Below, in pieces: positions 38,720 through 50,925 of a stretch of DNA of 64,000 bases. Each line of letters opens with the position of its first letter. Position 1 is the first letter of the stretch. The notes beneath the pieces are model-generated. The model was not told where the DNA came from. It saw only the letters and a list, made by a program, of their open reading frames with translations, and ran no database searches. The translations under genes and the position numbers were made by a program. Source of the stretch: Psilocybe cubensis (taxonomy: Eukaryota); NCBI GenBank assembly GCA_017499595.2, contig CM039007.1, positions 620,001 to 684,000 of the forward strand, read 5' to 3'.

Positions 38720-39027
38720 GTGTTTGGCCCTGATGGAGACCCCACGGTTGCGAGCGCGCCGTATGTACTCTTTGATACTTTCATATCCATCACTATCACT
38801 CAGTTAAATTTGAAAGAATCATGCAGAACGGGACTATTATCGGCCGATTACACCTCGTCCGAGTGCCAACCTTGGTGATCAACGCTAAAAAGGACATCTC
38901 GCAAGACTTCGTTGTTCAGCCATTCTTTGACAGAATCCAGAAGGTTAAAGGGGTCACTTTGGAGAACTCGGGCCATTCTCCGTTTATAGAGGAGACAGAA
39001 AGGTACATGAAACTCATTTCAATTTAA
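38720..39027 (+). pseudogene. C-terminal fragment of a proline-specific peptidase-like alpha/beta hydrolase
   Basis: TIIGRLHLVRVPTLVINAKKDISQDFVVQPFFDRIQKVKGVTLENSGHSPFIEETERYM carries the catalytic Asp/His region. No N-terminal half or nucleophile motif was found upstream. Confidence 0.7.
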
Positions 39028-40075
39028 TCACTCCAAACAAAAGACCAACCAAGAAAGTTTGTCAGGAGCGTTTTCAAGTTTGCAAAATACCCCTGTTGAA
39101 ACATCGATCCAAGTGAGCCCAATTAGATATTACACTACTAGTGATTATACAGTCCTGATAATTGATTTTTGGCTGGTAGCCCAAGGTAGACCTACTCTGT
39201 TTGCCATCCACACTTGTCATATTACTTAGTCCGTCTCTTCGGCCCGAGGAAACTTATCAGTGATGGCTTTTACGAACCCAATCAACTTCGATCTATAATG
39301 ACTTCGCCGTGTTGCCCATTCTGTTTCGCATTCGACGTATAAACAGAACTACATAATCATTGATCTCATTCGGTTTAATCGTCCTCAATCTGACTAGCTG
39401 ACAGACTTCACGGATCATTACCGATTACAAGTTCATCATGGGTTTCTTCTTAATTTCTTCTTTGCAGTAAGAATGATCATTGATTGTGGTGAATCATCTC
39501 ATGATCAAACATCTGTAGCGCTACCTGGTTTGCTTATCTGTGTTAGTAGGTTTTGTGACATTTGGTGAGTATACCAGTTTAAATTTAAATTGAACAGAGG
39601 TATGATTTGAGGTTTTTCTCTGCGAGTTTTGCCGTTCTGAGTCCGTACATCGCTAATAATCAATTATCTGTCGAGCTCAAACGAGAGAAGCATCTGCTTC
39701 CATGCAGGAGTCTACCTCTTTCTTCCCTCCGAAACTCCTTTGCATCATCTTCATCAAACAAATATGTGCAATGCTGCGGTTACATCTGCATCATCAAGCC
39801 CTGTAGGCCTGTGAATGAAAATTTGAATACCTGGCACAGTCTTTGTTGTCAAGACATAATTTACGTCTAAACCGCAAGTGAAGAAGTCATTACGCTCGGA
39901 ACAATTGCCTTGAAAGCTCGGGAGAATCATCACAACTCTTGAAATATCAGGTGCCAAGTTCAAACGGGTTACATGGTGAGCGTGTAGTTGTTGATGAGCA
40001 TATAACGTACCTATGAAGTCTAAAGCCACATAGGTCTCTTGCAACTTCAAGTCCTGTCAAAATTTCTCACTCAAC

Positions 40076-41328
40076 ATGAGCGGCAGCCTCCAGCAATTTA
40101 TTACCCCTGAGCCCGCGGAGCTCCGTTGGTTTGAAAGGGCAAACTACATTGCCGTTAATCTAGGACTCATCGCCTATGGTAAAGTTCACGTATACTCTAA
40201 TAAAGCTAATACTGATAAACCATCCTCTTCCAACATCAGGGGTGACCATAGTCACCATCTGCACATGCGCCTACTATCTTATTCACGAGAAGAACCTGAA
40301 GAAGAACGCAAAATGGCTAGCGTTCATTTTCGCTCTTTTCATCGGCAGCACGGTAAACATATCGATCAATATGACATTTAACGAATGGGCGTGGATCGAC
40401 TTCAGAGCATACCCAGGAGGCCCATTGCAATTTTTATTAGAGCAGCAATCAAATGTTATCAATACATGGGGAAACTCTATCTCGACTGCCGTTCAGTTGC
40501 TCAGTGATGGCATGCTCGTAAGTCTTCTATATAAAAGTGGTGCTTTAATTGATGAGGTTTCAATGTGATGTTAGATCTATCGAGTTTATGTCCTATACCA
40601 GCACTGGTATGTTATCGTGGTTCCCGTTATGGCATGGATTGTTATGTTAAGTAAGGACACAAATTGTACTGAGTGCTTGAGACACACGCTCACCATGTCA
40701 TTATTCCCCTAGTCCTAGGAGCTTTCTTCATCTTGCAAGCCGCACGTCCCGACTCGAGTCTGTGGTCCCACATTACACTCAATTTCTCTCTTCCATATTT
40801 TTCCCTCACGATGGCAACCAATATTCTGCTCACCTTGATGCTGGTTATTCGACTCCTTTACATGAGACACAAGGTCATGAAAATTATTGATAGATCCCAC
40901 GGCAAAACCTACACGAATATCGTGACCATGCTCTTAGAATCAGCTGCTATCTATGGGGTCGTCTCGTTTATTTTCCTCGTTTTGTATATTAAAGGAAATA
41001 CAGCTGCTCTTCTGTTCATACCGTTGCTAACCCAAGTACAGGTAAGCATTGTTACAATATTACCGGATTACAGAGAACTAAATATGTGTTCTAGTGTATT
41101 TCTCCTGTGCTTATAATTTTGCGAGTTACCCGAGGGAGAGCTTGGTCCGCCAAAACGATAACGAAACTTCAATTAAATAACAACGCCAGAATGAACATGG
41201 TCAATATCAACTCAAACACCTCAGTTGAACGAACGGACGACGTTTCCCTCAGCACACTCCAGGCGAGTCCTAATAAGTCGCATTTTAACTCTACAACGAG
41301 CAACATCATGTTCAGCGACAAAGTTTGA
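40076..41328 (+). CDS. Multi-pass (about 7TM) membrane protein of an agaricomycete-type family
   Basis: Hydrophobic exons with AWIDFRAYPGGP, LSDGMLIYR, PYFSLTMATNILLT, MLLESAAIY and LIILRVTRGRAWS, joined by GT-AG introns. Confidence 0.8.
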
Positions 41329-42187
41329 TTGCTGCTTTTGTTCGTAAATTTTGGCGAAAGAACACACTCTTACATTGGCCCAAATATCGGCTTTTTCTTT
41401 TCTTCTCGAGCTAGCACAAGTTATTTATGTAAGCTATGAATAAATTATGCATTGGACAGTATCACGAGCTCTATTGAGGATACCAGAGGAATTGCCAAAT
41501 TGCGTTTAAGGATCTTGGAGTTCAAATTCCTATTCGAATTCTCCGAATTGCTATATAGAAATGGAAATGACCACTACATGAGGAAACCGTAGCAATATAT
41601 TTCCCCAAATTTTGTTTCGAGCAGAAGAGCCAAGTCGTCTTAACTGTGCAACAAAGCGGGAGATTTTGTTTGCTTGTGTCATTAGGAACTTCTGCAATTA
41701 TTGACTATGTAGTCGCAGAAAGATGCCTCGATTGAATTGATGCAGAATGGCTGCTGCCAACGTGTAGCTGTGTTGGATCACGATCAACGCTACAGATTAG
41801 CAGACCAGAAGGTGAATAAATCTGACTGGTTGGTGATCCAGGAAAACACAGCTAGGTTGTTTGGATAGATGCATGAATGAGTGGAAACAATCAGTAAATT
41901 CAGGTCAGCGGGCGAGAGATTCACGGCGTTGACAGAAGTTGAAGTGAAGTGAGATAATTCAAATTGCGATTCGAAATGGCCAGTAACATTGGCCTTTTGG
42001 TTACGATTGCGTCAGGTAAGTCCAGAGTGTCGATACATGTCCAAAACCGAGGGAATATAGCAATAGACGCGCATATTGTAATCGCTCATTGAACTGGGCC
42101 ATTCCTCGGGGTGAAAATGTGACACCGGTTAAGATGCAATGCAACCAAGTTTTATCAAAGACTCGCAGGAGGTAATGGGAAGAAGGA

Positions 42188-44234
42188 TTAGATCTTCCCA
42201 GAAATGCGGTCTTCAATGAGCCGCGCAACATAGACACCGTCGACAGGGATATAGTTCCCTTGAAAACCGTTAGGGTAGTCCACATTTGGCTTATTAGGAT
42301 ACGTTCGGTATCTGTCAAAAAAAACACAAAACAATAGTATCAATACATGTTAGCAAGCGGTTCAGTATAAGCGGGAACACCCTAAGCCCAACCATACTCC
42401 AGGTATCAACCCACATACCTATCCTTCCACACTGCGAAATGTCTCATCCCGAGAGCGCGTGCGGTCCAGTAGTAGTCGTGTGCAAAGCCTCCCGGGTAGA
42501 AAATTTCGATGACGCTCGAATAGCGCGTTGGGCGCATGAACACAAGGTGTGTGAGGCCATTTCCGTGCACACCCAACATGATCTGCAAATAAACCGTTAC
42601 TTTTGGTAACAATAGAGTTAAATTTGCTGACGTACCGTGGTGCGAGCGGCTGCACGAACCTGCTCGTCCTTTGACATGTACTCTGCGATGAGTTCGTCGA
42701 ACTCCCATTCCAGCGGCACCGTTGTGCCCTCATTTCCACTCACACCAGCGAGGAATTCAGCACGTTCCTTATTTTTCCTCTCCACAAGCTCCCGGATTGC
42801 CTTCACCAAGCCATCATGGTCTTCCTGGATCAGCTTGCGATTCCGTGCGGATTGGCGGCTAATGTAGCTGATGACAATTTTATCAGGTAAGGGAAGCATC
42901 TTCTGGTGCTTGGAATCGACATTCACGATGTCATTTGGGTGCATAAACGTGTCCATACCCCTCACCTCTGCCTCTCGTGTCATGAAAGGCATTACGCCTC
43001 CCTCCTTCACCGGTGCCAAAGCCAACTGCTCTATCCCCTCCTCCGCGCCAGCAAACCGCCACACCGCCTCGCGCAGCGGCGCCCACCACCCGCCAACGTG
43101 CAACCCTCGCAATCTCACCTTTCTTCGCATATATTCCCATGCCTCCGCCGCCGTCCTTTGTGTCTGTGAGCCACACACCGTCCCGCGATGCGCTGCACTT
43201 CTATCGACCAAAAGCACGGTCGGGAAGTGCCACGCGCGCTCCCCTTCTTCCAATTTAAATGCCGTCGCCGCTATCCGGTCGTTCCAATCTTCAACATGTT
43301 CGACAATGAGCGAGGGCAGTGCCGCGCGCAGGAAGTATGCATTGAATCCTGGGCTGTCACGCCAGCCGTCTGCGTTGCTGTGTGCGAAGATTGCACGGTG
43401 CATGGGTGGTACAGGTGGGTGGGTGGTGGAAAAGTGCACACTGGTGGATGGGGAGGGATCGTCGAGCTCATTTGGAGTGATAGGCGGAGAGAATGCGCCA
43501 TGCCAGAAGGCCTGTGCGCCAAAGAAAAGCTCGGCGACGAAGTGGTAGTAATGTCGCAGGAATTGTTTGGGGTCATTGAAGAGAAGCTGATGGGGAGAAC
43601 GTTAGTGTCGGGATCAGGCGGTGGGGCAGATAATTCGACATGTGGGGCCATACTTATCACGCACCGTGTTGCCTTCAACAGTCCATACCCGATTCAACAC
43701 CCGTCCCTTCGCATTTGTCGTCGACACCCATCGATCCTTGGCTTCTTCAGGCGATATAATTTGTATGTTGTCGTCTGTCGGCTCTCGCATCGCAATATTT
43801 TCTGGTGTATTCTCCGCTTCCAGCCCGGTGCTTGTCATCATCCTAATCTCCGGGAATTTTTCCCGAGCGTTATCATCTGCAACAATGTATAGCGTCCCAT
43901 TTGACATGTACAGGTTTCGAAACAGCGTCCATCCAGGTGCGTGCGCGAGGAGCTCGGTGGAGGGGAGGCCGTCGAATGGGAGGAGTGGCCGCGAAGCTGT
44001 GGGCGTGGAGGTAGGTGACGCTGTAAGCACCACCGTCTCCGTTTTCGTCCGAAATTTTGTGCGAAATCGGTGGGCAACACCAGCCCTGTGGTTGGTGGTG
44101 ATATGGTTGGGTTGATCCTTAAAGTAAGTGGTCGATGGGAGACCGATGCATGCTGACCAGAGGTGTATCGACAACGCACCGATTAGCAATAGGATTGCAT
44201 CGCGGCGGGTGAACGCGCCGCTGCGAAAAAGCAT
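42188..44234 (-). CDS. Glycosyltransferase family 61-like (DUF563) type II membrane protein
   Basis: N-terminal anchor, APGWTLFRNLYMSNGT, HYYHFVAEL, VISYISRQ, EQVRAAART, IMLGVHGNGLTHLVFM, VIEIFYPGGFAHDY. Confidence 0.85.
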
Positions 44235-45562
44235 CCTCTGACTGGGAATGAAGGTATCGTCAGTAGGAGGGTAGGGGGATCTGAGAGTGTGCACGAGGCA
44301 TTGCAGGTGGGTTTATATTTTTTATCGGAGGAAAGGCTTGCGCTGCGCGACACAACAGTATCAAATGGTTACCCCAAGGAGAGCCGCGGCTGGGGTAACG
44401 CGGACATGACGCATCACCTCGAAGAGCTGACGGGGTAACAATGTGCGATGGTTGACAAGTACAGCCGCATTCGGCGTCTAATTATAATGCAATTGCGTCT
44501 GTAAATGCGAAGATGAGGTGAAGGAGATGAGGACGGCGTCAAAATGCTAGGGAAAAGGGCAACCGAAGAGTCCTTGGCATCAAAAATTCGTAATTTGCAT
44601 GGCGTAAAAAGGTTTGCCGTTGAATCTCTTCCTGACCAACTGGACTTTTTATACTCTCGACCTAGCCTGGATGAACCTGAAAGCAAGCCAGTGACTTTGT
44701 CATAGAGAGGCGCTATCAATGTTCCTACAGATCAGTTTTTGCGGGATCCTGAAAACACCTGAGCGTTTCTGGCAGCACAGAAATTTTGATGAATATCTGT
44801 TCTTGTGCCGATATTGGCTTTGACCGCCCTTCTAGCGGGAACATGAACTCTGAAGTCTGTCGATTTCTGATCGGAACTCCAAGGCTGGTCATTTGTTTGA
44901 TTTCTGTTGTGATATGCCACTGAAAATTTTGTCATGCTAACTGTGCGTATTACTCTGTACGAATTTGAAAACGAACCTGAGCTACATGTTCCAAGAGAAA
45001 AAAGGCGCCCAAAGCGCTTTTGACACGATTTCCCATTAAAAATGTGAACGTTAAGGAACACCTTCATACTCACCGGTTTGCGGCCACCGTGACTCTGAAG
45101 CTGAAGAACTTGAAGCAGAGGCAAGTTGGGAACGACGAAATTTAGGCACGTTGGTTTGTAGGATCGGATACAGAAGTTGAACCAGGGTAAGAGAATGACC
45201 ACACCATTGAAAGCAAGATGTTCAACTCAAAATTTCAGTATTCACTGCGATCTATCTCGCTGGTAGACAATCAACGGGTGGGCCGTGAGAAATTGATGGG
45301 CCTGCTGCAAAGCGAGGGACGGCACCGCCAAGCCTCCGTTTAAACCTTGAGATGAACCCCGCGCGTTCTTGAAGATTAATTATTTACTATCTTCTCAACT
45401 AATACGAACATACACCAAACCAAGGAGAAAAAAGTCTCGCGCGTGAATATTTCTAGTGTTTTTGTGCCTACCATTGACTGATACTCAGTTTTCAATTATA
45501 GTGTCCCGAAACCCTGCGAAGCAATAAATATTCTGAATTAACAACTTGAACATATCGACATA

Positions 45563-48254
45563 GTGCAGCGTCAGCGGCATATTGTCAGGGAAATGGATAG
45601 CGAGTTCAATTTCATCAGATGCTCTGTCGAGAGCTTCATGAACACCTACCTGCCTTTCGTCCCAAATGACAAGGAAACGCAATATTTTGTCCAGCAACTT
45701 TTACAGGGCACTTTAACGGAGGCTGGTAATGATTGTCATTCCAGCGACGTGACTACACGGCCGGTATTGTCTGTATTAACGGGAAACGAGACAACTTTCG
45801 CTCTTCGAGATTACCCACTCCAGAGAAAGCGGGGGCGGCAGTCTAACAGCAAAATCACCGTCTTTCGGGGATGGGAGAAGATTGCACAGACCATTGGAAA
45901 TATAGAATATCCTGGGGAACGAAAACGCAACAAATTCAGCTACGTAAACATGCCGAACAAGAGGATAGCGTCATCCAGCAGCGGCTACAACAACAAAATC
46001 GATGCCGCATTTATTGCAGCCTGCGATACGGACAAGCCGCTTCAGACGACCGACATAGCTGTTGTAGTCGGGCACAAAGTTGCTGCGTCGCACAATCGGC
46101 AAGTGAGTTCCATTCCATAGTTCAGCTAACGTCCATTCTTTCGCGCGTATCTTCTGACGTTTACTCATTTTAGAACGCTTTACATGCCATATCTGCCAAT
46201 GTTCAGATCATGAACGAGGACGTACGTCGTATGTTCACTTTCGGGGTGCGCTTTCTGTACATTTTGTTGTTGACCGAGCTAACATCCACGATATGCCACA
46301 CAGATAACAGCCGAAAGGCATAATGTCACGCTGTGGTATCATGATCGTTCACATTCAGCCGCGTCATATCCCTTTAACTTATCTACGGTCTGTAGCTTTC
46401 CCTATTCTTAGAATATTCTTCTGACAAAATCCACATAGAATCCTAAACTATTCATTCAAATCCTCATTGCATTTTCGTTTGCAACGGAAGAAGAGCTTGG
46501 CTACGATTCAATGGTAAAGCTTGAACCAGACCGAAACTACACATTCAAGATTCCAAGTTTACGGGGCAGCGACAAGTTTCGGCTCTTTCGCACCATGGAG
46601 GGCCTGTCGCTCTATCATTCGAACGTCATCACTGGTCGAATGACGCGTGTTTACAAAGTCGTTGAAGTCAGGGAAAACGGCGAAGCATTTGGAGATCCGC
46701 TCGTCTTGAAAGACGTGTGGCTCGACAGCTCTGCAAAGACGGAAAAAGAGATACAGAACGCCATTTTTACCGATATCAAACAATTTCGGGACTGCCCAGA
46801 CGAACGGCCAGAATTACAAGGCTTCAAAGAAGCTCACAAAAATATTGTTGGCGATGACAGCTATAAGCAGTACTTTCTTCAGATTGTCCTGGACTACAGC
46901 GGACAGAAAACCAAAATACGAGTAGAAAGAGGAACTGAAGTCAGAGATTTTTTCGACGCGGAGGAAGACCTCGTACCAAATGCTCCGGTGACTGGTACCA
47001 AATCACAAGAATCGCAGTCTCAGAACGATCAGACGTTTGTAAACACACACCGAAATGCTTCCCAATCACCAGCTATTCCAACTATTCCACACGAACAGAA
47101 GAGGCAATATCGCATCATTTTCAAAGAGGTTTGTAGACCTTCTGGAAGTCTCAAAACCCTCGGAGAAGTTGTCAATGTGCTATCGCAAACCCTCATCCGT
47201 GAGCAATTTGCTTTACCCACCTTTAAATTTAAAGCCTTACGTGTTCTATCTAGCGCTCCAACTTTTGTTTTGCGCGGGATGGGTCCATAGAGACATAAGT
47301 TCTAAAAATATACTTGCTTTCAAGAAAGATTCAGAAAGCCAGGGGCCGTGGCTCGCAAAACTCTCTGACCTTGAATATGCCACAAAATTCCCTGTGCCAA
47401 AAGGTTCAGCATGTGCTTCAAATACGAAGACGGTATTTATGTTCTTTGATTTCAAAAAATTGTCTTTTGACCATTGCCTACAGGGGACAGCGTACTTTAT
47501 GCCTCTGGAAATTATGCTGTCATCTTACTTGTTTTCTCCCAGCCACGACAATACAATGTCAGCGCAGAAAGAATTCGCAGTTGCAAGACAACTTTCTGTC
47601 AAAGAGAGACTTGCTGAATTGACACTACAGCTACAGAACCCTACAACTACTCCACCGCAGAAGGGAGTCGCTCACAATTTTCAACACGATTTAGAATCAA
47701 TGTGGTGGATGCTTCTCTGGAACATATGCTGCCGCCTTGACCCAACGCAATCAACGAAGTCCCTTCAGGACTTTGGCAAGGCCATTTTCATCAACGATAT
47801 AAAGCCGACTGATGCCAGAATTCACTGCATCACCGCACCATTCGGAAAAACTGTCACACCCAAGGCACCAAAGTCAATTCTCTCTGTCGTTACGTCTCTT
47901 TCCCTATTGAGTGGCGAACTTTACCAAAACTACGTTGATCGTGGTCGGAATGGCGCATATAATGATGTTGGCTCGTATGCTCAGATTCACAGCATCTTCT
48001 TCGAGACATTTAAAGCGCTCGACGAAGAGGTCACTGAAGCTTCGGAAGCCCAAGCTTCTGGCAGAAACGATGGTGGAGATCAGCATTGGTCCACGATACC
48101 TTTGCTGGTGAAGGCTTATAGCAATACCGTGGCACAAGGATCTGCGGTGGGCGAACCAGAGCGTAAGCGTCCTCGATCCAACGAAGACCATGTCGATGCG
48201 AGGGAGGTCGAGAGCGAAGGTAGGACCAAAGCTAAGCAACCTAGAAAGAAGTGA
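45563..48254 (+). CDS. Fungal-type protein kinase (FunK1), copy c; inverted relative to a/b and mosaic
   Basis: ITGRMTRVY, LVLKDVWLD, GWVHRDISSKNIL, LSDLEYA, GTAYFMPLE, HNFQHDLESMWW. The first in-frame ATG is at 45593. Confidence 0.87.
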
Positions 48255-48560
48255 GAGAGAGATAGATAGTAGCTTTAGTATTGTGACTTGCTTGGATATA
48301 TTTCATGTAACAACAAATTCTTCATGTCATATCTCATTAGTTTGAACATTGTAGTTTTATTCGTGATCCGGTATGCAATAAATATTAAAGTGAGTGGAGT
48401 GCAGGTAATTATACAGTAGTACATGTACAAAGATATTGCTACGTCACAAAATTAGCAGATATATATATCATAAAATGTTCAAAAGCAAGTCAGCCCACTG
48501 ATACAACGCGTTGCAATTCGACTCCAGCCAGCCTCATTGACATGGTCCCGACACTCCAGA

Positions 48561-50925
48561 TCACAGGTCCAAGTCAGGGAGTTCATCCGGCAGATCAATG
48601 CCCATGGCGTCGACAATAAACTCCCTTAGTGCCTCCTCCATCTCCTCCTTTGTCATCTTTTTCTTCTTGTTGTCGTCCTGCGGCAGCGCAGCACGACGCA
48701 GCCGAGCGTGCATCCGAGCGGGAAGTGTGCGCAGCCAGAACCCGACCAATGCCTTCCAAATGGCGAAGTCCATGCTGAACATGCTGAGCTGGAAACGTGT
48801 GTGGTTGTACCACTCCCGCGTGCGCTCGGAGAATGTGAGGTGAGTGTTTCGAGTGGGCTCCTTCGAAGCCCAGTAGCCTGTAATTTTGACGCCGTTGACG
48901 GGACTGCCGAATGACGCGTTGTTCCCTACAAAAGGAAAAGAAACATGATGAGCACACCAAAGCCAACCAAAATTGAAGACATAAAGTAAAGAGAGATCAG
49001 ATAAGTGGTAGGGTGTATGTACCTTGCATTATCCGCATATTTCTGTTCAGAAACAGAATGACTTTGGGCATCCGATCCGTGTCCGCCAAAAATTCCTTCA
49101 GCCTCTGCTTCATCTTCAGACTGAGCTCGTACTCTGACATCCGTTCTCTCTTTTTCTCGTTATCTCTATCCTCGTTTTCTCCGTCTTTTCTCGTTTTCTC
49201 TGCCCCTGAATCAGTCTTCTTGACCTCTCTCCCCTTCCTCAAAATCGTCGGCCGCATCATCACAAAGCTCGCCACCAAATCAGGTAACGGGCCGAACCCC
49301 CATCGCTCCGCAACACTCTTCACTCCACTAAAATCACCCACCAGCATCGCCCGCCACAGCTCCGCCCACTCCCTCTTGAATTCTTCAGGAAGCTGCACAC
49401 ACAGCCCATGATCGAGCAGAACGACTTGCGGCTGGGTGCGGTTTGTAGGAGAGGGGCGTATGAGGATGTTACCCGGGTGGGGATCGCAGTGCACCTGTCC
49501 AAACTTGAACATCTGGGCGGAGAACAGCTCAGTGAGGGTTTCGATGAGAGATTTGACGCCGCCTTTGAGGGGGTGCGCTGGGTAGTGGAACGACGATACT
49601 GTCGAGGGGGTTAAAAAATCGGAGCTTTCGACTGCTGTGATATGGGTGTGTGTGGTCCCCTCCGGTACATGCTGTGCTTTCTTCGGCAGAGCTTCGCCCA
49701 TGAGGCGATATACACCTTCCCTATCTGATAGACGCACCCCGTCAATCCACTCAGCCACCATGACCTTCTTTGTCGTGTATTCTTCGTAGATTTTAGGGAT
49801 GTATACTTTATCCCGCAGGAGCGGTTCTTTTGCGATATAATCAGCTGTCTGCTGCGCGTTTCGTGCTTCATTTACAAAGTCCAGTTCTTGCCTTAGATGG
49901 TCTGCAATAAAATCTACAACATCGTGAAATGAAATAGGCACATTAACACAAGTAATATCAAGATATAAACGTAGAATACTCACCAACGACGAAATATACG
50001 GGCAGATCAAACGCCCAATGCTCAAACATCCACATAACAGAGCGGAACGCAGCAATGTCCCACTCCATTTGCTTTGCCACGTCAGGCTTCTGTACCTTTA
50101 CTGCAACCCACTTTCCCTCGTCTACTACACGTCCACTCTCGTCGCGCGTGGGCCAGAGTTTCGCCTTGTGCACTTGCGCGATGCTTGCGCTGGCCACAGC
50201 CTTTTCTTCAAATACCTCAAATACACCGTTGGGCCCGCTCGGAGGCTGCCCCAACTCATTTACAAATACACGGTGGATGGTTGAGTAGGGAACCTGCGGT
50301 GCGTCGTCGAACAGGCTGGCGAACTGCTTCTGGATCGGCTCTGGGAGCGCCGCTGCGTTCGCAGCTATCGCTTGCCTTCCACTGACCTCAGAAAAGCGAA
50401 ACAGTGTGGAGATGCTAAGGCACGCACCCAAATTTGATGTACAACCCTCCGTTGGTCGAAAGCAGGTCGAACACCCGCTGCCCGACGCGTTCGTGCAACT
50501 CCGGTATCTGCTCGCTCTTGCCCGGCGTGAAATTGGACTTGTAATCCCAGGTAATCAAGGCACTCTATTGGAAACAAAGAAGCATTGTAGAGCGTGTGTG
50601 AGGATGATTAGTAAATACCCACTGTTGTAAATGTCCTCAGTGTCCGCGTTAAAGAAGACGCGTTATAGACCCTGTCCACCGTGTATATCGTCGCTGCTCC
50701 CGCTGCAAAATACCCCATCCTCCGAGTATATTTCCATAGCCACGACGGTGTCTGATGATGTTCTGGGGTCAACTTGGGTGGAGATACACCTGCCGATGGG
50801 TGAGATTTAGATATATGTGTAAAGGAAAGTTGTCTTTTAGATAGCAGCGCGATGGAGTCCAGACGTAATTGACGCTGTGTTGTCCAGGCCAGATTTCCTA
50901 TACGAAGCATGATCCTGGTCGTCAT
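48561..50925 (-). CDS. ABC1/ADCK (UbiB-like) atypical protein kinase, probably mitochondrial
   Basis: Basic N-terminal presequence, NGGLYIK, ASASIAQVHKA, VAVKVQKP, ELDFVNEA, EWIDG, VHCDPHPGNIL, LLDHGL. Confidence 0.92.

Noticed and set aside
42871-44115. Long plus-strand ORFs overlapping the GT61-like gene
   Set aside because: Antisense shadows of a GC-rich coding exon.
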